Origin: Acholeplasmataceae bacterium UBA5409
Lineage (GTDB): Bacteria; Bacillota_I; Bacilli_A; Acholeplasmatales; UBA5453
Length of the DNA: 24,000 nucleotides
NCBI GenBank assembly: GCA_002410615.1
Contig: DHNT01000019.1
Span: 32,855 to 56,854, forward strand
Direction of reading: 5' to 3'
Part shown: positions 1 through 7,347 of the stretch, one piece after another
Numbering within the stretch: position 1 is the first letter of the stretch
Layout of the letters: each line of letters begins with the position of its first letter
Program-made: the position numbers and the translations under genes
The notes under the pieces: generated by a model
Databases searched by the model: none
Seen by the model: the letters and a program-made list of their open reading frames with translations, nothing else
Told to the model about the DNA's origin: nothing

Positions 1-323
1 CCACGCTCTTCAAGTACTTCTATATCGGTGTCAATATAAATAATTAGCCCCTTCATGAAAGTTTTATTGACTGGCCGTTTGACGATCCCCCCACCAGTAG
101 AAACCACTATATTATTTTTATCTTTATAACTAGCTAAAACAAGGGTTTCATAAGTTCTAAAAGCTTCTTCACCCTCTTCTTTAAAAATATCTTCAATGGA
201 CGTTTGATAAATTTGTTCGATTTCGTTATCTAAATCAACAAATTGAAGATTCAGTTGTTTTGCCACCTCTTGTCCAATTAAACTTTTCCCAGAAAATGGC
301 ATTCCAATTAAATATAGTTTCAT
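1..323 (-). CDS. aroK: Shikimate kinase, first 107 codons only (gene runs off the left edge)
   Basis: Absent from the supplied ORF track because no stop lies in the window. My reverse-complement translation from the ATG at 323-321 reads MKLYLIGMPFSGKSLIGQEVAKQLNLQFVDLDNEIEQIYQTSIEDIFKEEGEEAFRTYETLVLASYKDKNNIVVSTGGGIVKRP... It has Walker A GxxxxGKS, a DLD motif, an EEAFR motif and STGGG, as in AroK. The start overlaps the miaA stop (TAATG). Confidence 0.85.
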   Translation of the reverse strand, partial: MKLYLIGMPFSGKSLIGQEVAKQLNLQFVDLDNEIEQIYQTSIEDIFKEEGEEAFRTYETLVLASYKDKNNIVVSTGGGIVKRPVNKTFMKGLIIYIDTDIEVLEER

Positions 324-1198
324 TATTCCTCCCAAAACTGATCTAAAATGGTGGTTATATCACGAAAAGCTTTATCAGGTTCTTGCAAATCAATCATCAC
401 ACTGTTCATTTGATTTTTGAACCAAGTTTCTTGTCTTTTCGCAAGTCTTCTCGTGTTCTTTTTAATCTCTTCTATTGCTTCTGCTAAACTGTATTTTCCA
501 TCTAGATATAAAGACAGTTCACGATACCCTAAAATATTTAAATGAATGTTTCTTTCTTTTAAGGTTTTAACTTCTTCTATGAATCCCTCAGCAATCATTA
601 AGTCAACTCTTTTATTAATCCGGTCATAAAGAATCGGTCTAGGCAGTGTTAAGTAAAATAATTGGTAATGATAAAAGGGGTCATCTTTTAGAATGCGATC
701 ACTTCTTTTTTTCTTGTCAGCTAACCCAATCGCTCTTAAGACACGACGTCTATTATTCGGATGAATTTTAAGACTACTCTCGGGGTCTTTATGAACTAAT
801 ATCTGATAAAGTTCTTCATTACTTAAATTAATATATTGGTTTTCACTATCAAAATCTCGTTTTTCACCGCTAAAATCATAGTTATCTAAGGCCGCTTTAA
901 TATATAACCCTGTCCCGCCAACGATCATTGGATATTTTACTTGATTAATTAAAGCTCTCGCATTTTTTTGAAACAGGCTTACATCATAGGTTTCAGTCGG
1001 TTCTAAAATATCAATTAAATGATGTTTAACACCACGCATTTCTGCTTTAGTTATTTTAGCAGAACCAATATCTAAACCTTTATAAACTTGAACCGAATCG
1101 CCAGAAATGATCTCATTATGATATTTTAAGGCAATGTCTATTGATAATTTTGTTTTTCCAACCGCTGTTGGTCCAATAATCGCCACTACTTTTTTCAT
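323..1198 (-). CDS. miaA: tRNA dimethylallyltransferase (i6A37 synthase)
   Basis: 291 aa. N-terminal P-loop IIGPTAVGKT, then DSVQVYKGLDIGSAK and VGGTGLY motifs typical of the IPPT family. ATGA start/stop overlap with mutL. Confidence 0.9.
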   Translation of the reverse strand: MKKVVAIIGPTAVGKTKLSIDIALKYHNEIISGDSVQVYKGLDIGSAKITKAEMRGVKHHLIDILEPTETYDVSLFQKNARALINQVKYPMIVGGTGLYIKAALDNYDFSGEKRDFDSENQYINLSNEELYQILVHKDPESSLKIHPNNRRRVLRAIGLADKKKRSDRILKDDPFYHYQLFYLTLPRPILYDRINKRVDLMIAEGFIEEVKTLKERNIHLNILGYRELSLYLDGKYSLAEAIEEIKKNTRRLAKRQETWFKNQMNSVMIDLQEPDKAFRDITTILDQFWEE

Positions 1199-2874
1199 AC
1201 AATTCTCTTAAATAAATGTTCAATATGACTGTTAGAAAAATAAACTATCACAGGTCTTCCATGGGGACAATAATAGGGGTTTTGGGTTTCTCTTAAAGAT
1301 TCAATTAAGTGCTGTATTTCATGGTTGTTTAAAGCCTTATTGGCTTTGATTGCCCCTTTACAAGCAATAGATTTAGACAAATTATCTCTTAAGTCTTTTA
1401 AATCTAGTTTTTTATATTGTTCAAGTGAGATAAGAATAGCTTGGATAAAATCATGAATGTCTTCATCTTCTAACCATATTGGTAAACTCTTTAAAAATAA
1501 CCCTTCATGACCAGCTGCTTCAAAAGTTATTCCGATATTGGTTAGCGCTTCTGAGTTTTCCTTAATTAAAGTTTCTTCAGTCGGTCTAAATTCAAATAAT
1601 TCTGGAATCAGTAAGGACTTAACCGGACTTTTAGTTCCGAGTTTATCATAATATATTTCATATCGAATTCGTTCGGCAGCCGCATGTTGGTCAATTAAAT
1701 ATAAGCCCAATTCATTTTGAAATAGTAAATAGGTCCCACTAAACTGCCCAATATAATCCATTGGGGGAAGCTTTTCACTACTTTTTTGATAAATTTTTGT
1801 TTTATTTTCCTTATAATCTAGTTCTAACTCATTAATCAAATAATCAAACCCACTAATTTGTTGATAACTTGAAATTTCTGTTGAAACATTCTTGGTTGAT
1901 TGCGAAAATGATTCTCTAATCAAATTACGAATCATGGCGGCTAGTTGATATTCATTTTGAATTTTAACTTCTCTTTTTTGGGGATGGACGTTAACATCCA
2001 CCAATGAAATATCCATTTTAATGTCCACGACTGCGACCGGATATCTGTTGGTCATTAATCGGGTATGATAGCCTTCAACAACCGCATTCGATAATAAAAA
2101 ATTCTTGATCGTTCTTCCGTTTAAGATAATAATGATATCGTTTTTTCGAGATTTCGTATAATCAGGACTCCCCAAGTAAGCGGTAATTTCAATTTGGTCT
2201 TGATGGATACTCGTCGTTAGTAAATTATTGGCAGCAGATCCACCAAAAACAATTTTAAAGAGTTCACTATAAGATTCATGTCCAAAAGATTGTCTTAAAA
2301 CATTCCCTTCATGGGTTACTTTAAAAGCGATCTTAGGGTTTGATAGTATAAATGAATCACAAACCTCCATGATATTGGCGAGTTCCGTCTGTGGACTCTT
2401 AATATATTTTAATCTTGCGGGAACATTGTAGAATAGGTCGTTGATAATGACCATGGTCCCTTGGTTCAAAGCAGCTGGTTTTGCCTCAACAAAACGCCCC
2501 CCCTCATAAGTAACCAAATTACCATCAAGGTTTTCTTTTTTTGACTTAATGGTCATTTTAGAGACACTGGCAATCGCTGGAATGGCTTCGCCTCTAAATC
2601 CCAGCGTAAAAATATGTGCTAAGTCATATTCGGTTCTGATTTTACTGGTGGCATGTCTTTCAAAACTTTTCTTTAGATCACTTAAATCCATACCAATACC
2701 ATTATCCGTAACTTTTATTTCTTTTAAGCCACTGTCCAGTATATCAATATCAATTTTTGTCGCACCAGCATCAATCGCATTTTCGATGATTTCTTTTAAT
2801 GCACTAGCAGGTCTTGTCACAACCTCACCAGCAGCAATCATATTGCTAATACGTTCATCTAATCTAACAATCAT
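1195..2874 (-). CDS. mutL: DNA mismatch repair protein MutL, endonuclease-proficient type
   Basis: 559 aa. GHKL ATPase N-terminus (IAAGEVVTRPASALKEIIENAIDAGA). C-terminal endonuclease motifs DQHAAAERIRYE, ACKGAIKAN and CPHGRP. Lies immediately downstream of mutS. Confidence 0.93.
   Translation of the reverse strand: MIVRLDERISNMIAAGEVVTRPASALKEIIENAIDAGATKIDIDILDSGLKEIKVTDNGIGMDLSDLKKSFERHATSKIRTEYDLAHIFTLGFRGEAIPAIASVSKMTIKSKKENLDGNLVTYEGGRFVEAKPAALNQGTMVIINDLFYNVPARLKYIKSPQTELANIMEVCDSFILSNPKIAFKVTHEGNVLRQSFGHESYSELFKIVFGGSAANNLLTTSIHQDQIEITAYLGSPDYTKSRKNDIIIILNGRTIKNFLLSNAVVEGYHTRLMTNRYPVAVVDIKMDISLVDVNVHPQKREVKIQNEYQLAAMIRNLIRESFSQSTKNVSTEISSYQQISGFDYLINELELDYKENKTKIYQKSSEKLPPMDYIGQFSGTYLLFQNELGLYLIDQHAAAERIRYEIYYDKLGTKSPVKSLLIPELFEFRPTEETLIKENSEALTNIGITFEAAGHEGLFLKSLPIWLEDEDIHDFIQAILISLEQYKKLDLKDLRDNLSKSIACKGAIKANKALNNHEIQHLIESLRETQNPYYCPHGRPVIVYFSNSHIEHLFKRIV
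2497..2503 (-). repeat. G7 homopolymer (C7 on + strand) inside the mutL coding sequence
   Basis: Read directly: + strand cgCCCCCCCtc. The minus strand reads TAT GAG GGG GGG CGT, encoding Y-E-G-G-R of MutL. Confidence 0.95.
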
Positions 2875-2881
2875 ATTATCC

Positions 2882-5392
2882 CTACTTTAATTCATCCTGG
2901 TATTTTTTTAACAACAATAACGCTTCTATTGGCGTTAAAGAATCAATATCCAATTCTTTAATCTTATTCGCCACAAAGGCATTTGCATGATCGACAATTG
3001 GTGCTGCTTCATCCTCTTCAAAATTAAATATATTTAAATCCATTTCCTTTTTCTTATCCACTTCTAAGTGGTCGAGAATCATTTGGCTTCGATTAATTAG
3101 TGGTTTAGGCAATTTTGCGAGCGCAGCGACATTGATCCCGTAAGATTTATCCGTTGGACCTTCTTTGACTTTATGCATAAAGACTAAAGAACCTTTATCT
3201 AAAACCGCAGATACATGAATATTCTTTAAGCGCTTTAAGGCGGCTTCTAGTTGAGTGAGTTCGTGGTAATGGGTTGAAAACATCATCACTGCTTTCACCT
3301 TTTCATGAACAAATTCGATAATTCCTTGGGCTAGTGCCATTCCATCATAAGTTGCGGTACCGCGACCAATTTCATCAAAAATCAATAGTGAATTTGCTGT
3401 TGCACTTCTAAGTGCTTCATTAGTTTCAGTCATCTCCACCATAAAAGTGGATTGACCACTGGTAAGGTCATCTTGAGCCCCAATTCTAGTATAAATTCCA
3501 TCATAAATAGGTAATTTTGCTATTTTCGCGGGAACAAAGGACCCAATTTGAGCCATCACAACAATGATCGCAAACATTCTCATATAGGTCGATTTACCAC
3601 TCATATTTGGACCGGTAATTAAAAGTATCCCACCTTCAATAATGGAGATATCATTTTCAATAAAGGGCGTATTATTAAAGTGTTCTACCATCGGATGTCT
3701 TCCGCCTTCAATATAAACCTCTTTGTCTTCTCTTAAAAGCGGTCTTACATAATGATTTTCAGTCGCTATGATACTAAAGGCTAACATCATATCTAAAAAA
3801 GCTATTTTATCAGCCAAAATTTGTAAAGAGTTCGCATAGTTTGAAACTAATTCTCTTAATTCAATAAATAATTCATATTCTAATTCAATACTTCTTTCAG
3901 AAGCGTTCAAGATTAATGCTTCTTTTTCTTTTAAGGCTTCATTGATAAATCTTTCAGAGTTAACAAGGGTTTGTTTCCTGATGTACCCAAACTCATCTTT
4001 GACTAAGTTTAAATTACCTTTGGTGATTTCAATATAATAGCCAAAAACACGATTAAATCCAACCTTTAAATTTTTAATTCCGGTTTTTTCACGCTCTTCT
4101 GATTCAAACGTCGCAATCCATTTTTTACCATGTTTTTCCGCATCTCTTAGTTCATCTAGTTCTGCGTGATACCCTTTTTTAAAGATCCCACCGTCTTTGA
4201 TTATTAAAGGCGGGTCATTAACAACCGCTTTATCTAATGTCTCAAATAACAAGGTATGCGGATTAATTTCTTGAGCATATTTTGTTAAATTGTCACTATG
4301 ATATGCCAAAAGGGCTTCGATAATATAGGGTATCTTACTTAAGGTTAGTTTTAACTGTGATAAATCTTTGGGGCTACTATTTAAACTGGCAATTCGAGAA
4401 GTAATTCTTTTTAAGTCATAGACACCTTTAAATGCTTCGGTTAAATTAATCCGCTGATTATAATTTTGATTTAAAGCTTCAACATAATTTAATCGTTCAT
4501 TAATTTGGTTTATATCTGTTAATGGATTTTCAATTTGATTTTTAAGTAATCTTGAGCCCATTGCCGTTTGATTTTTATCTAAAAGTTTAAATAAACTATG
4601 ATCTTTCGGATGATTAGAACTCGTTAATTCTAATGCCGAGATACTATTTTTATCGAGTTTTAAATGGGTCTGTTCTTGTGAAATTTTTAGGGTTGTAAAA
4701 GCATCTAACATTCTGACTTCTATTTTTGATAGATACCCTAATAATAACCCTACTGACCGCTTCTTAATGCCATCCAAATTATCTAAAAGCGGATGGTTTT
4801 CGACTAGAGTATCATGAATTGACACCAAAACTAAGCCTTTTAATTTCTTTTCAACATGACCTAAATCAGATGTTAGCACAACTTCTTTTAAATTTAGTTT
4901 TTCGATTTCTTTATATAATTGGGTTTCACTCAAAGGGTTGGTTAAATAAATCTCACCTGTGGAAATATCTGCGTAACTTAAGGAAAAGTATAGTCTTTCT
5001 TGAGAAATACCACCAATATAATTAGACGTCTTTTGATCAAGGATACCATCATCAACAATCATCCCAGGCGTAATCAGTTTAACCACTTTTCGTTCCACTA
5101 ATCCGTTTCCAGGTTCAGTGACTTGTTCAACAATGGCGACTTTATAACCTTTATTAATCACTTTTTGGATATAAGGCGTGACACTATGATAAGGCACACC
5201 ACACATCGGAACTCTATCCTTTGCGCCAGCATCTCTAGCCGTTAAGGCAATTTCTAATTCTTTAGACGCGGTAATAGCGTCATCAAAAAAGAGTTCATAA
5301 AAATCGCCTAATCTAAAAAAGACTAAGCTGTCCGCATAGTCCTTTTTAATTTCAAGATATTGTTCCATCATAGGGGTATATTTTTGTCCCAT
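2882..5392 (-). CDS. mutS: DNA mismatch repair protein MutS
   Basis: N-terminal mismatch-binding domain (TPMMEQYLEIK, GDFYELFFDDA), Walker A GPNMSGKST, DEIGRGT, STHYHEL. I place the start at ATG 5392 (MGQKY...) because an AAAGGA Shine-Dalgarno lies 8 nt upstream. The ORF-track start at 5401 sits on top of that SD. Confidence 0.93.
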   Translation of the reverse strand: MGQKYTPMMEQYLEIKKDYADSLVFFRLGDFYELFFDDAITASKELEIALTARDAGAKDRVPMCGVPYHSVTPYIQKVINKGYKVAIVEQVTEPGNGLVERKVVKLITPGMIVDDGILDQKTSNYIGGISQERLYFSLSYADISTGEIYLTNPLSETQLYKEIEKLNLKEVVLTSDLGHVEKKLKGLVLVSIHDTLVENHPLLDNLDGIKKRSVGLLLGYLSKIEVRMLDAFTTLKISQEQTHLKLDKNSISALELTSSNHPKDHSLFKLLDKNQTAMGSRLLKNQIENPLTDINQINERLNYVEALNQNYNQRINLTEAFKGVYDLKRITSRIASLNSSPKDLSQLKLTLSKIPYIIEALLAYHSDNLTKYAQEINPHTLLFETLDKAVVNDPPLIIKDGGIFKKGYHAELDELRDAEKHGKKWIATFESEEREKTGIKNLKVGFNRVFGYYIEITKGNLNLVKDEFGYIRKQTLVNSERFINEALKEKEALILNASERSIELEYELFIELRELVSNYANSLQILADKIAFLDMMLAFSIIATENHYVRPLLREDKEVYIEGGRHPMVEHFNNTPFIENDISIIEGGILLITGPNMSGKSTYMRMFAIIVVMAQIGSFVPAKIAKLPIYDGIYTRIGAQDDLTSGQSTFMVEMTETNEALRSATANSLLIFDEIGRGTATYDGMALAQGIIEFVHEKVKAVMMFSTHYHELTQLEAALKRLKNIHVSAVLDKGSLVFMHKVKEGPTDKSYGINVAALAKLPKPLINRSQMILDHLEVDKKKEMDLNIFNFEEDEAAPIVDHANAFVANKIKELDIDSLTPIEALLLLKKYQDELK

Positions 5393-5409
5393 GATACACA
5401 TCCTTTTTT

Positions 5410-6912
5410 TTATTCAGAATCTATAAACGATACCGGAACTGGTTCTAGTTTACTAAGTTTTCGTTTTCTATTCTTAATATTCTTTGCTTCGATTTCTTTA
5501 ATTTGTAAAAATTGTTTTTGCGTTACAGTTGTTTTAAATGGAAATAAAATAACCGGTTCTTGATCACTTAAATCCGCTAAGTGACTATCATTTTCCTGCT
5601 CATGTTCATGAGGATGATGATGGTCGTGATCGTGGTCTTCATGACAATGACATTCATGGGTATCTTCATCAGTATAATGATGATAATGATGATGTTCATG
5701 AACATGGTGTACACTTGAATTTGGTGTTTCATCCTCTTCTTTAACAGCCAAGGACTTAGATTCTTTTAATAAGTCTTTTAATTTTCTGTTTTCGATTTCT
5801 AAATCAACGATTTTCTCTAAAAGTTCCGCATCACTACCTAATAAGTTTTCTTCGAGTTCAGCTAACTCTTCTTTATCACCAAGCGGTGTGAACGCTTCTT
5901 CTAATAGTTCTTCAAATTCATGGGTTTCTTCATCTACCAAATCGGTTGGTTCTTCTAATTGAGTATCTTTATCTTCTTCAGGTTCAACCACAACCGGTTC
6001 TTCTACAGGATTATCTAAAACTTCTTCTGGTTCTGTTAAAGGTTCAATTGAATTAGATGATTGGATTGATTCATAAACACCAGGATTGGTTGGCACAAAA
6101 TATTTTTCTTTGGTTTCTTTGGCATTTTTAATGATATATTCAATAATTTCTTCTTTTTTTAGTTCAATAGAGGCTTTAATATCATGATCTATTGCATATC
6201 TTTGGAGAGGAATAACTGACATTTTATCTATTTTAGCTTCTTCAGCAGGTGTTAATTGATTTTTATCATTGAGTTCTTGTTTAATTATTTCAACAAGCTC
6301 TTGTTTCTTAATTCTTCTTGGGACTTTAACACCGTATTTTTCACCAATTTCTCTTATTTCAACTGTCGTAGAACTCTTAAATAAAATCGGTCTAAAGACA
6401 TCCACGGATAACCCATCAATTTCGTCTGGATTATCATAAAATAAAACATCAATTTTCTTATTAAAAACCACCACATCAAAAAAAGGTTCATACTGGTATT
6501 TTTGTGAAAGTTCAAAAAGTTTAAAGGTATCAGACTCACTCACTTTTTTTGAAACGATATAAGACAATAAATTTAACCAAAGTTCATCTAAATACCTGTT
6601 AATTAAATCATCATCATTAAATAGTGGTAATAAGTTGATAAGCTGCGTTTCTGAAAAGTTATCATACCAACCTAATCGGTATTGAACTTCGTCAGATAAG
6701 TTTTCTTCAACAATCATCTTATTCTTGACCGATGGATTTAAAACCGTCCTTAAAACACTTATTCTAATTTCTCTAGGAACCATTAAACCGATTTCTTTGA
6801 AAAAATCCACAGTCGCATCTGCAGGTAAATTTACTAGTTTTTCTACAAATTCTCCAATGTTTATTTCTTGGCTATCGATTAAAACAAAACTGGCTTTTGA
6901 TAACGTTGTCAT
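5410..6912 (-). CDS. Hypothetical modular protein: unknown N-terminal domain, two HeH/Rho_N-like motifs, acidic coiled-coil linker, His-rich tract, basic C-terminus
   Basis: Long uninterrupted ORF with no family I recognise. Start placed at the second ATG (6912, MTTLSK...), 6 nt after GAGGG; the ORF-track ATG at 6918 abuts the SD. The stop lies 17 nt before the mutS start. Details are in the findings. Confidence 0.75.
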   Translation of the reverse strand: MTTLSKASFVLIDSQEINIGEFVEKLVNLPADATVDFFKEIGLMVPREIRISVLRTVLNPSVKNKMIVEENLSDEVQYRLGWYDNFSETQLINLLPLFNDDDLINRYLDELWLNLLSYIVSKKVSESDTFKLFELSQKYQYEPFFDVVVFNKKIDVLFYDNPDEIDGLSVDVFRPILFKSSTTVEIREIGEKYGVKVPRRIKKQELVEIIKQELNDKNQLTPAEEAKIDKMSVIPLQRYAIDHDIKASIELKKEEIIEYIIKNAKETKEKYFVPTNPGVYESIQSSNSIEPLTEPEEVLDNPVEEPVVVEPEEDKDTQLEEPTDLVDEETHEFEELLEEAFTPLGDKEELAELEENLLGSDAELLEKIVDLEIENRKLKDLLKESKSLAVKEEDETPNSSVHHVHEHHHYHHYTDEDTHECHCHEDHDHDHHHPHEHEQENDSHLADLSDQEPVILFPFKTTVTQKQFLQIKEIEAKNIKNRKRKLSKLEPVPVSFIDSE

Positions 6913-6934
6913 ATACATCCCTCACTTTATATAA

Positions 6935-6963
6935 ATCATACACTAAAATGATTATTTTTACAA
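6935..6963 (-). promoter_or_regulatory. Putative sigma-A type promoter for the unknown gene-mutS-mutL operon
   Basis: The minus strand reads TTGTAA (6963-6958), a 17-nt spacer, then TATGAT (6940-6935). This is about 20 nt upstream of the GAGGG SD. Confidence 0.45.
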
Positions 6964-6997
6964 TAATCAAACAGTAAAACATCACTATTTACTGTTT
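6961..6997 (-). terminator. Weak AT-rich hairpin downstream of ymcA (possible terminator)
   Basis: Perfect 10-bp inverted repeat AAACAGTAAA (6969-6978) / TTTACTGTTT (6988-6997) with a 9-nt loop. On the minus strand it is followed by GATTATTG, a poor U-tract. Confidence 0.3.
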
Positions 6998-7020
6998 TTC
7001 CACAACCAGATACTAAGTAA

Positions 7021-7347
7021 TTATTTTTCAATTTGGAGTCCGTCTTCAATAATTTCTTTAATCGATTTTAAAAGCTCGTTAACTTCGTCTTGTAAAATCA
7101 AATAATTATGAATCACCGGATTGGTTTCAATCAAAGCTCTTTTTACACGATAATCATTTTCCAGTTTTTCAGCCATTTGAAGTTTATCAATGTACTTTAA
7201 TTGAACAATTTGTTGTTGCATATCAAAAAGCTCTCCAACCGCTTTTTTTAAATTATTGTCACTATTGACTATATTCTCAAGCTTTTGGTATTCAACAACA
7301 AGTGGGTCTTCTTTAATCAGTTTAAACAATTCCTCTTTAGCTTTCAT
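7021..7347 (-). CDS. ymcA: YmcA/YlbF-family helical protein (RicA-like), short form without cysteines
   Basis: The 108-aa all-helical sequence aligns by eye with B. subtilis YmcA (for example NPVIHNYLILQDEVNELLKSI versus IPVIQEFRDSQMEVNDLLQLV). It lies directly downstream of miaB, as in B. subtilis ymcB-ymcA. Start placed at ATG 7347, 5-6 nt after AGGTGA; the ORF-track GTG at 7356 lies inside the SD. It overlaps the miaB 3' end by 11 nt. Confidence 0.7.
   Translation of the reverse strand: MKAKEELFKLIKEDPLVVEYQKLENIVNSDNNLKKAVGELFDMQQQIVQLKYIDKLQMAEKLENDYRVKRALIETNPVIHNYLILQDEVNELLKSIKEIIEDGLQIEK

Noticed and set aside
2549-2890. 113-aa + strand ORF antisense to the mutL 5' region. Similar antisense ORFs occur at 4819-5025, 5360-5563, 6725-6934, 8943-9125, 10691-10927, 10937-11263, 12215-12412, 13269-13523, 13563-13748, 15262-15450 and 21166-21456.
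   Set aside because: All lie fully or mostly inside well-supported minus-strand genes. They have low-complexity Ser/Leu/Phe/Ile-rich translations, typical of the reverse strand of Lys/Glu/Asn-rich AT-rich genes. None has a convincing SD or promoter. They are shadow ORFs.
6354-6539. 61-aa minus-strand ORF nested in another frame of the unknown 500-aa gene.
   Set aside because: It is an out-of-frame overlap within a longer coherent ORF, with no SD and a composition typical of an off-frame read-through. There is no evidence for a frameshift site.
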